Shown here one piece after another: positions 8,861 to 18,831 of a stretch of DNA of 64,000 bases. Every line of letters begins with the position of its first letter. Positions within the stretch are counted from its first letter, which is position 1. The position numbers were made by a program, and so were the translations under genes. Under the pieces are notes generated by a model. It worked only from the letters and a program-made list of their open reading frames with translations, did no database searches and was not told the origin of the DNA. The stretch lies in the sequence record MZ892903.1, one strand, 5' to 3'. The stretch comes from Escherichia phage ELT1.

Positions 8861-10543
8861 TTAAACCATTACAGTAAATCGACCGACTTTCTTCATTTGA
8901 AGATGCTGACCATATTCTTGTGGGTCATGGTCTTTATGCGAAATTATAAAAACATTAGTGTTTTTCATTGAATTTATAATATTAGCTACACCTTTAATAC
9001 CTTCGGCATCAAATGACCCATCAAACACTTCATCAAGAATTAATGTACTAATACTAACACCAGATACGATAGAAGCAATATCACGCCAAGTAAATAAAAG
9101 AGCAATATCAATTCTTGCCTTTTCACCTTCACTAAATGAAGCATAACTAAAATCTTCACGACCACGGGATTTAATTGTCTCATTAAATTCTTCATCTAAT
9201 GTAAACACATAATCCGCTTCCATTATTTTAAGATAATGGTTAATCTGCTTATTAAATAATGGAATGTACTTTTTAATAATAGCACCTTTAATACCAGAAT
9301 CTTTGAGCATATCAGTCAAAATTCCTCGGTGGTATTTTTCCATTACTAAATTAGTTTTTGTCTTAACAATTTTATCAAGTTCTTCTTGAAGCAGTGCTAT
9401 TTCATCAGCATGGTCAATAAACTCAGAAGATGCTTTTTCTATAGCCGCTTTAACCTTTTTAGCTTTATCTACTGCTGCGATCAGAGATTGCTTTTTATTG
9501 CGAATATCATTTGCCAACGACTGTTGGGTTTTAATATTATCTCGGTATTCATCAACAAGAACTTTTAAATTATCACGATGTGTTGAAAGCTGTTCAAACG
9601 AATGCGTACATTCAGAAACTTTATCTTTAATTTTAGAAACAACTTTATCACCGGAACTTAATTGTGACAAACAGGTTGGACATAATCCACCTTCGTGATA
9701 CATATTAATGACTTTATTATACGAGTCAATTTTTGATTTAATTAAAACTGCTTCTTGACCGATTTTATTAAATGCATCAGTCGGGTCTTCATCTAAAACA
9801 ATATTAACTAATCTTTCGTTAGCTTCTTCTATTTCCGATTTTAGCGTTCTAGCTTCTTTTGCCAAATCATCATACATATTTTGAAGACGAGTAAGATTGT
9901 CACCAGACAATTTTTTCTGGCGTTCAACATTATCGTTATATATTTTAATTTGTTGGATAATACTATCTTTTTTAACATCAAGCACTTGGTTTTGTGAGTT
10001 TAATTCACGTATTAGTGCTTTATTAAGCTTATCCATTTCAGCTAATGTTCCTACCTCAAGCAGGTCTTCCACAAGCTTTCTTCGCGCAGGGGTCGACAAA
10101 CCCATGAAAGGGGTATACCCTGCTGTACCAAGGACAACAATCTGCTTGAAACTGACATATGACATTCCGATAAGCTGTTCAAATTCTGCTTGGAAATCTT
10201 TACTGCTGGCAGATTCATTAAGACGTGTACCGTTAACGGTGATTTCAAAAACGTTCGGTTTTTGTCCTCTTTTGATATAGTACTTTTTCTCATCATATTC
10301 CATCCACAGTTCAACTAAAAGTTCTTTCTTATTTGTGCTGTTTATTAATTGACCTTTCTTTACATCGCGAAATGGCTTGCCAAAAAGCCCAAATGTGATG
10401 GCTTCTAACATAGTAGACTTACCACCGCCATTTCGTCCAGTAATAAGAGTTTTTTGAACCTTATCTAATTGAATGTCAACTCCATTTTGACCAACTGACA
10501 TTATATTTTTATATTTTACTCTATTAAGTTTAAAATTCTTCAC
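8861..10543 (-). CDS. 46: recombination endonuclease subunit, SbcC/Rad50-like
   Basis: 560 aa as in T4 gp46; Walker A GRNGGGKST near N-terminus, long coiled coil, C-terminal Walker B/signature region. Confidence 0.9.
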   Translation of the reverse strand: MKNFKLNRVKYKNIMSVGQNGVDIQLDKVQKTLITGRNGGGKSTMLEAITFGLFGKPFRDVKKGQLINSTNKKELLVELWMEYDEKKYYIKRGQKPNVFEITVNGTRLNESASSKDFQAEFEQLIGMSYVSFKQIVVLGTAGYTPFMGLSTPARRKLVEDLLEVGTLAEMDKLNKALIRELNSQNQVLDVKKDSIIQQIKIYNDNVERQKKLSGDNLTRLQNMYDDLAKEARTLKSEIEEANERLVNIVLDEDPTDAFNKIGQEAVLIKSKIDSYNKVINMYHEGGLCPTCLSQLSSGDKVVSKIKDKVSECTHSFEQLSTHRDNLKVLVDEYRDNIKTQQSLANDIRNKKQSLIAAVDKAKKVKAAIEKASSEFIDHADEIALLQEELDKIVKTKTNLVMEKYHRGILTDMLKDSGIKGAIIKKYIPLFNKQINHYLKIMEADYVFTLDEEFNETIKSRGREDFSYASFSEGEKARIDIALLFTWRDIASIVSGVSISTLILDEVFDGSFDAEGIKGVANIINSMKNTNVFIISHKDHDPQEYGQHLQMKKVGRFTVMV

Positions 10544-10803
10544 AAAAGATTCCTTTTAATGTATCTTTTAGACCATTCTATCATATCATCATAATCTAAA
10601 AAGTATTCATCAAATTCAGCCATGCAAACAACACCTTGTGCTGTTTTTGATGTAATATAAATTATTCCAACATATCTAGAATCTTCTTCGATATAATCAA
10701 TATTTGCTATGAATTCATCATTAATGTCAAATGTCGAAAACTTCACAGTATGCATCCTTAATACAAGATACAGCCATATCTTGTAATGATTTAGGTGTGT
10801 CAT
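10540..10803 (-). CDS. hypothetical protein (T4 46.1 position)
   Basis: 87 aa ORF overlapping gene 46 start by 4 nt. Confidence 0.35.
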   Translation of the reverse strand: MTHLNHYKIWLYLVLRMHTVKFSTFDINDEFIANIDYIEEDSRYVGIIYITSKTAQGVVCMAEFDEYFLDYDDMIEWSKRYIKRNLL

Positions 10804-10985
10804 TATCTAAAATGTTGAAGTTAAAAGATACAGCCCAGTCAGTGCAGACTGTGACCTTTTTAATACAATTATCTTCAACCTCTAGTGGTTCAAACCAGTA
10901 TTCAATAATTTCTTTATGCCCATATCATCTTTTACTTCACATTCAAAATGCTGACTCATCATAACATTTTTAAATTCATCAAAAG

Positions 10986-12005
10986 TCATTGTGTTGCCTC
11001 TACATATAGCTGGTTTGCATATTGAATAAGTGCTTCACGGTCAGAATCAGTGATGTCTGGAATTGCATTAATGTATTCTTCCATCAACGTCTGAAGAGAT
11101 TGAACTTCAACTTCTTCACTGTCATCTGACTCGACAGAGTTATCAATCTTTGACACAACTCGTAATGAATGCACAACTTTTTCTAGTTCAGATTCGAACT
11201 TCGTCAGATTTTTGTCTACTTCAGTTACTATAACACGTACTGATAGATTTGTAAAATCTTTATAGTCAATTTTTCCTTTAAATGGATAATGAATTCTACG
11301 ATGCCAAGTAGTATTGTTTGGAATAAATTCCATTCGTTCTGTTTCTGTATCAAACATCCAGAACCCACGAGGGTCATTCTCGTCACCTGCAGTTAGTGTC
11401 CATGGTGTCCCAATATATCTGACGTTAGCAGCCTCAGAGATAGTATGGAAGTGACCAGACCACACTTCTTTATAAGTCTTAAGGAAATCAGGTTCAAGAC
11501 CGTGAGATTTCATTCCTTTATAAAAATAAAATCCATTCAGTTCCCAGTGACCAACACAAAAAGAAGCAGATGAAGTTTTGATGTGCTCAAGAATTTCACC
11601 AGTATTTTCTTCGCACATCCAAGGAATTAAATCAATCAAACATCCGTCAAAATCTACTGTAGTAGGCTTATCATATACTTTAACATTAGGATATTTAGCC
11701 AAAAGCTCAGTAGAGGCATTTGGAGTTAAAGTATTTTTAAAGTGCATATCATGGTTTCCTACAACAGTATGTAGGGTAATACCAGCATCATCAAGCATTT
11801 GAACTATTTCACGAGCGAACTCCATAGTTTTATGCGTGATTGCTTTTCGCACATCAAAAATATCGCCATATTGAATCCAGGTAGTAATTCCATTTTTCTT
11901 AGAATATTCTATTGCTTGTTTAATTCCATCCAACTGAATGGATTGAACCCACTCATCATCGGCTTTAACGCCTAAATGCCAATCACCTAAATTTAAAATT
12001 TTCAT
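10986..12005 (-). CDS. 47: recombination endonuclease subunit, SbcD/Mre11-like phosphoesterase
   Basis: 339 aa as in T4 gp47; metallophosphoesterase motifs (DWHLG, GNHD). Confidence 0.9.
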   Translation of the reverse strand: MKILNLGDWHLGVKADDEWVQSIQLDGIKQAIEYSKKNGITTWIQYGDIFDVRKAITHKTMEFAREIVQMLDDAGITLHTVVGNHDMHFKNTLTPNASTELLAKYPNVKVYDKPTTVDFDGCLIDLIPWMCEENTGEILEHIKTSSASFCVGHWELNGFYFYKGMKSHGLEPDFLKTYKEVWSGHFHTISEAANVRYIGTPWTLTAGDENDPRGFWMFDTETERMEFIPNNTTWHRRIHYPFKGKIDYKDFTNLSVRVIVTEVDKNLTKFESELEKVVHSLRVVSKIDNSVESDDSEEVEVQSLQTLMEEYINAIPDITDSDREALIQYANQLYVEATQ

Positions 12006-12165
12006 ATATCAAGAACCGTCATTGAAATGCAAAATAAAATTATTGAAATAAACCCATCTGGTGTGCTAAAGAATCCAATCCAACACGCTCTAGTGAAAAG
12101 ATAAAACGCGAGAAAAAGTATCACATATCCAAGAAATATCATTATATCAAACTCCGCATAAAGCT

Positions 12166-12183
12166 AAAGGGCCGAAGCCCTTT
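12166..12183 (-). terminator. UUCG-tetraloop hairpin directly after a-gt stop codon
   Basis: AAAGGGC UUCG GCCCUUU on minus-strand RNA. Confidence 0.4.
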
Positions 12184-13384
12184 ATTTTGTAATAATGTCA
12201 AACTGTTCTTTAAAGCAGAAGCTTGAATCTTGATGCTGATACAAAAATTCATAAGCTTTTTCACGTTCGCGGTCATAAAGAGTTCGGTCAGATGACAGTT
12301 CTTTAATACGTTCAAATGTTGATTCCATGTCATTTTCATCAAACCAAATGATACCGCTATCATGCGAGGTCAAAGGAGTATTATCAACACGGAATTTTAA
12401 ATTATCACCCGTTGATTTCCAAAATACCGGAATTGTACCGCAAGCACCTAATTCAAGATGAGTATATTCGAGTGAGCGTTGTAAGTATTTCTGGTTAAGT
12501 TTACTCAACTGATATCCAAAGCCAGATTTACTCATTCGTTCAAGCATTTCACTATTAATATAACAATCTAGGATTTGTGCCGGTTGATTCGGCGTGAGAT
12601 TCATTTTATCAATCTCACGATTACCATAATATTCATACGGAATACCTTTTTCCTTAATTGCAATAAAAGCAGGGGAACGTTCAAGACCTTCCATTACAGT
12701 GGATTTACCAGCAGGTTTTAAGAATTTTTCGTGAAAATCAAACATCTGATAAAAACCTTTCCATGTAGTCGTACGACCAATCCAACGGTTGATGTTCATG
12801 TTAATTTCAGAAACATCTTTCCAATAAGTTGACCGAACCTTCGCAATATCCATAGGAGGCTGAAAATTATATACTGTTGGTGCTTCTTCAATATCATCAA
12901 ACAGAGAAACAGTTTCTGGATACCATTCTTTCATCAGAACTTTATTAAAATCACCATTATCAGAATGGCTAAAAATAACATCAGCTCGACGAACAGTTTC
13001 TTCTAATCCCAAATTTCGACGCAAAGAAAGCACAGAATGATCATGCTGATAAACTACAACACGAATAGAAGGTTTAATATTATCTAAAAGTTTTTTATAG
13101 TTATTAATCGTAGCTTCTTGAACGGAAGTAGCAGGAACAGAATTAATAATTAGAATATCACAATCATTTACCAGCTTAAGTGCTTTATCGTATTCTTTAG
13201 CTAAAATAACTGGAATTGAAAATGATTTGTGGTCATGAGAACTTGTACGAGTAAATGATTTATCTTTAGCATAAACCAAAGTTACTTCATGACCATTTTT
13301 AATAAACCAATCACGCTGCTCAAGAGAAAATTTAGTTACACCGCAACCTTCAAGGCCCCGAGCCAGAAAAATGCATACTTTCAT
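12182..13384 (-). CDS. a-gt: DNA alpha-glucosyltransferase
   Basis: 400 aa as in T4 a-gt; synteny after gene 47. Confidence 0.8.
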   Translation of the reverse strand: MKVCIFLARGLEGCGVTKFSLEQRDWFIKNGHEVTLVYAKDKSFTRTSSHDHKSFSIPVILAKEYDKALKLVNDCDILIINSVPATSVQEATINNYKKLLDNIKPSIRVVVYQHDHSVLSLRRNLGLEETVRRADVIFSHSDNGDFNKVLMKEWYPETVSLFDDIEEAPTVYNFQPPMDIAKVRSTYWKDVSEINMNINRWIGRTTTWKGFYQMFDFHEKFLKPAGKSTVMEGLERSPAFIAIKEKGIPYEYYGNREIDKMNLTPNQPAQILDCYINSEMLERMSKSGFGYQLSKLNQKYLQRSLEYTHLELGACGTIPVFWKSTGDNLKFRVDNTPLTSHDSGIIWFDENDMESTFERIKELSSDRTLYDREREKAYEFLYQHQDSSFCFKEQFDIITK

Positions 13385-13435
13385 TTAATATCCTCTTTGT
13401 TTTGGTTTATTTTATCAAAAAAATTATAAAGCAAT

Positions 13436-13455
13436 ATAGGAGCCGAAGCTCCTAT
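13436..13455 (-). terminator. UUCG-tetraloop hairpin (GGAGC UUCG GCUCC) upstream of a-gt
   Basis: Stem-loop; a TATAAT-like box lies between it and the a-gt start. Confidence 0.3.
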
Positions 13456-13628
13456 CCGCATAATACGCCATACAAAGGCTCGTTAGAGCTTCTAAATTTT
13501 TATGCGCTTATATGTTATAGTTCCTTCTGCTTTAGCTTTATCGTAAGACTCTTTAAAGCGTCTCATCATTTCTACTTTAGAGGAACGAATTTTATTATAA
13601 TCTATTTCAGAAGTCTGGTGTTCATCTT

Positions 13629-13835
13629 TCATAACTGCCACCATTTTTTGACTTGATAAGAATCAACCCACACTTTCATATTAGGGTCTGCTCTTACAAT
13701 AGGAGGATTAACTTCTTTAATTGAACTATCATGGTATTCTTTTTCAGAAATTTTCACGCAAAGATGACCGTTCAAAGATTCAGTAAATCCTGCATTAATT
13801 TTAAGACGCTTGAATTTTACGTGTGTAAGCATCAA
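13629..13835 (-). CDS. hypothetical protein
   Basis: 68 aa ORF in the a-gt to 55 interval. Confidence 0.35.
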   Translation of the reverse strand: MMLTHVKFKRLKINAGFTESLNGHLCVKISEKEYHDSSIKEVNPPIVRADPNMKVWVDSYQVKKWWQL

Positions 13836-14118
13836 TCATATCCTCAATCTGCGATCTAGTAGTCTTCCAAAGAATACTGATGAGTTCATCGTTATATGGC
13901 TGTTTTAGAATATCCCGACTTTTCTTGATAGCATATTCGTATTGAGCAAAATTATTATTTTCAGCTGCGATCTGAGCGTGCTTATAAAGACGATTCAGTT
14001 CGCGTTTGTTTTTAGACAATAACTTATTTGCTTTTCTTTCTGCTTCAAGACGGTTCTTTTCTTCAATAGAAGAAATAAGCTTTTCCACTTCATCATTAAT
14101 TTCGGGTTTATCAGTCAT
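13801..14118 (-). CDS. hypothetical coiled-coil protein
   Basis: 105 aa ORF. Confidence 0.4.
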   Translation of the reverse strand: MTDKPEINDEVEKLISSIEEKNRLEAERKANKLLSKNKRELNRLYKHAQIAAENNNFAQYEYAIKKSRDILKQPYNDELISILWKTTRSQIEDMIDAYTRKIQAS

Positions 14119-14119
14119 A

Positions 14120-14338
14120 TTATTTCTCTAATATAAAATAAAAATCATCATCTGTTAAATGATACCGATAGTTTAATTCTACACCATTAGATTTAAAAGC
14201 GGTATCATACGGATTTTCTGGATCAATATCAATGTCAAGAGCTAAAACTTCCCTGAGATACATTTTAAGTAAATAGGGAATAGCTTCAACTTCAGGTATT
14301 TCTTCCAAGAATCCGGAGAGGTTAATCGTTAGCCTCAT
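14120..14338 (-). CDS. hypothetical protein
   Basis: 72 aa acidic ORF. Confidence 0.4.
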
Positions 14339-14879
14339 ATAAAAAATCCAAACTAGGAGAATCGTCTACAACACTTTTCTTTTCAGCCCCCGGTGTTCTA
14401 TAGGTTGATTCTTCGTAATGCGTCATTTTATCATAGATGTCTTGAATAAAAGTTTCATCTACTAACGCAACCATATCGTCGTCACGGCTGTCATAGACAT
14501 TGTGAACGAAGTAACTATATTTCTTTGCAACTTCCTTACGTTCTTTTTTAATACGTTGGACGAATGCATTAAAACAAGCTTGAGTTATATATGCATGTGG
14601 GTTTTTATATTTCGTTTCATCAAAATTATGAAGCCCCTTAATAGAAGCTTCTATACCATCTGCAATCATTTCTTGTTTCCAGGATTGGGTGTATCCTGAA
14701 AAGTTGAAACGTTTAGATAAGCCTTCTGCAATAAGCATAATGGCTAATCCGATAGTATCATTCTGACGAACTACTTTATTTGGGTCTTTATTATTTGCTA
14801 ATTCTGTTTTCCAATCAATAATAGCTTGTAAAAGCTCTTTATTGTTTACGTAATTATATTTAGGCTTAGTTTCTGACAT
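14322..14879 (-). CDS. 55: late transcription sigma factor
   Basis: Start set at third codon giving 185 aa as in T4 gp55. Confidence 0.9.
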
Positions 14880-14957
14880 TTTCACCTCTTAGCTCAATTC
14901 ATAGATCTATTATATCATAATATTTGAAGATCTATCTTAAAGCATAGAGGATATCAG

Positions 14958-15227
14958 TTATCTAAGTAAGCAGTATGCTTGGAACACTTTTTCCATCATC
15001 TTTTTAAATTCATGAATATCTATATAATGACTAGTTAGATCAGCATGATATAAAAAGTCTAAAAACTTTTCATGTGTACTAACATATTCACTTCCATTTA
15101 ATTCAGAAACATGGCTTTCCCAATATCCAACACCAGTCTTATTTGGGAAAAATGAAATTTTCATGTATTGGTCAACATAGAAAATGCCATAATTTTCAAT
15201 AGTAATAGAAATATTAATAAATTTCAT
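14958..15227 (-). CDS. hypothetical protein (55.x)
   Basis: 89 aa ORF. Confidence 0.4.
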   Translation of the reverse strand: MKFINISITIENYGIFYVDQYMKISFFPNKTGVGYWESHVSELNGSEYVSTHEKFLDFLYHADLTSHYIDIHEFKKMMEKVFQAYCLLR

Positions 15228-15439
15228 ACATTCATCAACTTAGCCGCTTCGAGAGCTGCATCTAGTGAATCAAATTGGTCAACATATTCAATCAATTCGC
15301 CGTAATTGGCATATAACCACCATTGGCTAAATTCATACTCAAGGATGAATCCATTTCCTTCAATTTGAGTTAAACCATTGCCGTTTGTATTTACTTCATA
15401 TCCGGCAAGACGCAAATCGTTAATAAGAGCTTCGTTCAT
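15224..15439 (-). CDS. hypothetical protein (55.x)
   Basis: 71 aa ORF, ATGA-type overlap with neighbour. Confidence 0.4.
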   Translation of the reverse strand: MNEALINDLRLAGYEVNTNGNGLTQIEGNGFILEYEFSQWWLYANYGELIEYVDQFDSLDAALEAAKLMNV

Positions 15440-15441
15440 AA

Positions 15442-15768
15442 TTATACCTTAGTAATTTTCAGGTCTGCAAATTTTTTCTTGCGTTGATTTTTCATACGAC
15501 GAATAGTTTTATCAGAAATTTCATGCTTTTGATAAGCTTTAGATTCTACACCAAAAGCTTTAACATCAAATTCTGACAAGATATATTGAACCAACAATTC
15601 ACGGACAGTATTGCGTCCAATCTTCTGATCATTCTGTTTCATCGTCTGATGAAGCTCTTTTTCCCATTTATCCAAAATTTGAGGAGTTACAATATCGCCT
15701 TTTTCTAGCAAAGAAACTACTTTATCATATGCGTAAGAATTAATGGCGTTTTTAATTTGAATAGTCAT
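15442..15768 (-). CDS. hypothetical protein (55.x)
   Basis: 108 aa ORF. Confidence 0.4.
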   Translation of the reverse strand: MTIQIKNAINSYAYDKVVSLLEKGDIVTPQILDKWEKELHQTMKQNDQKIGRNTVRELLVQYILSEFDVKAFGVESKAYQKHEISDKTIRRMKNQRKKKFADLKITKV

Positions 15769-15806
15769 ACATTATCCTCAATTACATTAAAATTTTATTA
15801 TCCAAA

Positions 15807-15822
15807 AAGGGCCGAAGCCCTT
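15807..15822 (-). terminator. UUCG-tetraloop hairpin
   Basis: AAGGGC UUCG GCCCUU between two small ORFs. Confidence 0.35.
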
Positions 15823-16021
15823 AGCTAAACTTTTTGGCACCCTTCCAGCCTTCGTACATCATTGCGACTGACAATGACAAAGCTCCTTCACATGCTGCAT
15901 ACTTATTATTCCAGAACCAATTTAGAAAAACTTCATCCTCAATACCATTGTGTTTCATGTTCTGGAAAAATTTGGCGCGTTCTTCAGCAATTCGCTGCGA
16001 TAATTTAGATTCAGGATTCAT
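15821..16021 (-). CDS. hypothetical protein (55.x)
   Basis: 66 aa ORF. Confidence 0.4.
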   Translation of the reverse strand: MNPESKLSQRIAEERAKFFQNMKHNGIEDEVFLNWFWNNKYAACEGALSLSVAMMYEGWKGAKKFS

Positions 16022-16153
16022 TTAAATTTCCCAATTACCATTTTCATCAATAAATTTAATCCAGTCATTGACTGACCACTTAGTTGTATCGCCTTTTGGA
16101 GTAACATTTAAAGTGTATAACCCTTGCTTAAAAAGCATTCGTTTGATATTCAT
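16022..16153 (-). CDS. small hypothetical protein; start trimmed to an internal ATG to avoid frame overlap
   Basis: ORF-track 16022-16237 overlaps the upstream ORF in another frame; internal Met gives 43 aa. Confidence 0.25.
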   Translation of the reverse strand: MNIKRMLFKQGLYTLNVTPKGDTTKWSVNDWIKFIDENGNWEI

Positions 16154-16160
16154 ATTTTCC

Positions 16161-16454
16161 TCAGCTATAACGATAACACTCGTTTGATTTACGTTTAGCA
16201 ACTCGTTGAGAAGTATTATAATCAAAATCGTCATCAATGTAAACTGATTTTTTCAACTTTCTTACTTCACTGCGCAATTGACGATTTAACTCATCTTTAA
16301 CTTCTGAATCAATGCCTTTCATTCTACGCCATTTATCTGAGCGAAAAATGTTTTCAACCATATCTTTATGACTTACCCCATCAGGAGCTTTACGCTTTCC
16401 GAAATAGTCATAATCACGCACTTTTAAGTCTTTACGACGATACGTTTTACCCAT
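16161..16454 (-). CDS. hypothetical basic protein
   Basis: ORF-track 16161-16499, start trimmed to internal ATG overlapping upstream stop. Confidence 0.35.
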   Translation of the reverse strand: MGKTYRRKDLKVRDYDYFGKRKAPDGVSHKDMVENIFRSDKWRRMKGIDSEVKDELNRQLRSEVRKLKKSVYIDDDFDYNTSQRVAKRKSNECYRYS

Positions 16455-16629
16455 AGAGTTTAATTTCCTTAGCAACTGAACTAAATACAGCACGGTCACA
16501 AATCATGTGTTTATGTAACTTAAGTATAAGATAATAAACATCATAACCATTTACGTAAGTAACGCGAACAGCATTACCATTAATAAGATAATACTGTCCC
16601 TTTTTAATTTCTTTATCAATCATAACCAT
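16447..16629 (-). CDS. hypothetical protein
   Basis: 60 aa ORF just downstream of an early promoter. Confidence 0.4.
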   Translation of the reverse strand: MVMIDKEIKKGQYYLINGNAVRVTYVNGYDVYYLILKLHKHMICDRAVFSSVAKEIKLYG

Positions 16630-16659
16630 ATCAATTCCTCAAAGGCAATTCATGTGTTA

Positions 16660-16688
16660 ATAATACCACGGTTTGAACTTGTTGTAAA
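16660..16688 (-). promoter_or_regulatory. T4-type early promoter (TTTACA-N17-TATTAT)
   Basis: -35 complement 16683-16688, -10 complement 16660-16665. Confidence 0.5.
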
Positions 16689-16768
16689 CAACTTTGTGAA
16701 AATATTTTAGGGAATGATAAGAAAGGAACGATAGCTTAGAATGGTAATATACAGAATGTAAGAAAGAA

Positions 16769-16783
16769 AGGCCCAGAGGGCCT
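16769..16783 (-). terminator. hairpin (AGGCCC UCU GGGCCU) just after nrdH stop
   Basis: 6-bp GC stem immediately 3' of stop codon. Confidence 0.4.
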
Positions 16784-16786
16784 ATC

Positions 16787-17110
16787 TTAGTCTTCTATGA
16801 TATCTCTATCATATCCAAGTGAAATGAGGGTTTCTTTGAAGTGTTTAATGTTCTTTTGTCTGGAATCATTAATGAAAATGACTGGATAACGAATGTTAAG
16901 AGATGTGAATCCGGCGCGTTTAGCAAGAGATACAATCAGTGGACGATCATACTCAATCTTACCATTATTTGTAAGAACTTTATAGAAAGTAAAAGGAGCA
17001 TTGAGCTCCTTTAGAAGTTTTGTAACTGATTGACATCCAGGACAACGACCTACTTCATCTGGAATTCCATAGACTTCAATCTTATTCTTTAAGTTCGAGT
17101 TTTGTTCCAC
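16787..17110 (-). CDS. nrdH: glutaredoxin-like protein NrdH
   Basis: CPGC active site; proposed GTG start at 17110 with AAGGA SD, because the long ORF-track version overlaps the upstream gene. Confidence 0.55.
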   Translation of the reverse strand: MEQNSNLKNKIEVYGIPDEVGRCPGCQSVTKLLKELNAPFTFYKVLTNNGKIEYDRPLIVSLAKRAGFTSLNIRYPVIFINDSRQKNIKHFKETLISLGYDRDIIED

Positions 17111-17393
17111 GAGAAATAATTCCTTGATAAGCCCAGTATGGCGGGTTAACAGAATCCTCACCAGAGTTTTCTTCAGGAAAATAAACCTGGATAACGAAGC
17201 CGGATTCATCAAAGGTAAAATAAACCGTAGGCAGTTCACCTAACAAATCGGCACGAGCGTTGATTTCTTCGAGGTCTTGTTCACGTCCAGCCCAGAAGCT
17301 TGGGTTCAGACTACATTCATAGAAATAATAGTCATTACCGAACATATCAAAACCATTCCAACTCTCTACTACATACCGCTCAAAACTAATCAT
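17082..17393 (-). CDS. hypothetical acidic protein
   Basis: 103 aa ORF. Confidence 0.4.
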   Translation of the reverse strand: MISFERYVVESWNGFDMFGNDYYFYECSLNPSFWAGREQDLEEINARADLLGELPTVYFTFDESGFVIQVYFPEENSGEDSVNPPYWAYQGIISRGTKLELKE

Positions 17394-17395
17394 AA

Positions 17396-17611
17396 TTAAG
17401 CCTTTTTATCAAGAACAGCATTCAGCTTGTTAGTAATTTTATCCAGACGCTCATTGAACTCACTAGAAGATAAACCTTTTTCTGGAGAAATTAAGCTAAT
17501 CACGAAAAATACAACAATAAAAGGAATAAGGAAAATAGCTCCAACTGCCATAAACAGAAAGAATGTTACAGTTGTAAGAAAATCAGCTAAACCTTTACGA
17601 AATTTATACAT
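17396..17611 (-). CDS. small membrane protein
   Basis: 71 aa with central hydrophobic stretch. Confidence 0.4.
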   Translation of the reverse strand: MYKFRKGLADFLTTVTFFLFMAVGAIFLIPFIVVFFVISLISPEKGLSSSEFNERLDKITNKLNAVLDKKA

Positions 17612-17726
17612 ATTTTATCCTTAATTAATTAACCAAGCATTGATAAGTACTAAACTATACTGCGAATAAAATTCTGGACCAAAATGAAAAATCATATCAT
17701 TTATAGTATCAATAATATAATTCAGT

Positions 17727-18197
17727 TTAATCATGTTTCCACACCCCATCGGTATTTGACCAAAGTCGCTGATTATCTGATCCTCGCCACAGCTTTTTGG
17801 TCGGAAGATTTTTCTCATACTTCCCATCAATAATAACATCAACATATTTAAGCATTTCTAGTTGTTTAATATCTTCAAACTTATATCCTGTCCACAACCA
17901 GATATCTTTCTCCGGAAATCTTGCTTTAACCCAAGAAACTAAATTTGAAATCTCTTCTCGGTTCTGTGGATAAAGTGGGTCACCACCGGTTAAGGTAAGG
18001 CCTTGGATATACGATTTGCTTAAATGGGACGCAAGTTCTTTAACGGTATTCATAGTGAATAACTGTCCGTTACGAGCATTCCAAGTACTACGATTATAAC
18101 AACCTTCGCATTTATGCAAACATCCAGTGACGAAGAGAACGACCCTGCATCCAGGACCATTAACAAAGCAGCACGGGTATATTCTATCATAATTCAT
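17727..18197 (-). CDS. nrdG: anaerobic ribonucleotide reductase activating protein (radical SAM)
   Basis: Start at MNYDRIYPCC giving 156 aa; Cys cluster CLHKCEGC. Confidence 0.85.
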   Translation of the reverse strand: MNYDRIYPCCFVNGPGCRVVLFVTGCLHKCEGCYNRSTWNARNGQLFTMNTVKELASHLSKSYIQGLTLTGGDPLYPQNREEISNLVSWVKARFPEKDIWLWTGYKFEDIKQLEMLKYVDVIIDGKYEKNLPTKKLWRGSDNQRLWSNTDGVWKHD

Positions 18198-18819
18198 CTT
18201 TATATTTCCAAGTATATCCCTTATGAATAGATTGAATTCCTTTGCAACATTTATAAACAGCAGAATGAAAAAATCCTGCATTTCTTATTTCAGTTGCTCC
18301 AGTTAGTTCTATTGTATTTCCGTCTGGTGAATAGCCAATAACCGTTTTGGTGTTAAAGCGATTTCTAGAACTATTTTTGATATGCTCTTTATGACTAGTA
18401 GACAAAGTTCTTCCTGTTAGCCCATCAGATATCCTTTTTCCAAAATCATCAGGAAGAGTTACTTTAGACCTAGCTATGCTCATTAGCTTCTTAGTTTTAT
18501 CGCTTCTTTTTGTGCCACGCTGATTTTCAAATTTCTTAGCTTTTGCATACGCGTATTGTGAAGAAGTAACTTTTCTATGCTTACTATTACTCATTATCCA
18601 ATATGCATCATACATCTTTCCACCACATATTTTAGCCAATAAATGGTGAGCAGTATAGTGGGCCTTATAAGTTAAAAATACTAAGTTGTCTAAATCATCT
18701 GAACCACCCATGCTTCTTGGAATTATATGATGAAGTTCATACCCGGCTTTAGTTTGACGGGGCTTAGATGGGTGTTCAGCAGAATTAACTAGATTTGAAT
18801 AGATTCTGTCATAATTCAT
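18187..18819 (-). CDS. HNH homing endonuclease (Mob family, mobC position)
   Basis: 210 aa; HHIIPRSMGG...N...H HNH motif; free-standing between nrdD and nrdG. Confidence 0.75.
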   Translation of the reverse strand: MNYDRIYSNLVNSAEHPSKPRQTKAGYELHHIIPRSMGGSDDLDNLVFLTYKAHYTAHHLLAKICGGKMYDAYWIMSNSKHRKVTSSQYAYAKAKKFENQRGTKRSDKTKKLMSIARSKVTLPDDFGKRISDGLTGRTLSTSHKEHIKNSSRNRFNTKTVIGYSPDGNTIELTGATEIRNAGFFHSAVYKCCKGIQSIHKGYTWKYKDEL

Positions 18820-18831
18820 TGGTGTTTAACC

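Noticed and set aside
12142-12363. 73-aa minus-strand ORF overlapping the 3' end of a-gt
   Set aside because: Out-of-frame overlap with the 400-aa a-gt ORF and no start context
16787-17239. Long 150-aa version of the nrdH ORF
   Set aside because: Its first 50 codons overlap the upstream gene in another frame and contain no glutaredoxin sequence; a shorter GTG-initiated nrdH was used
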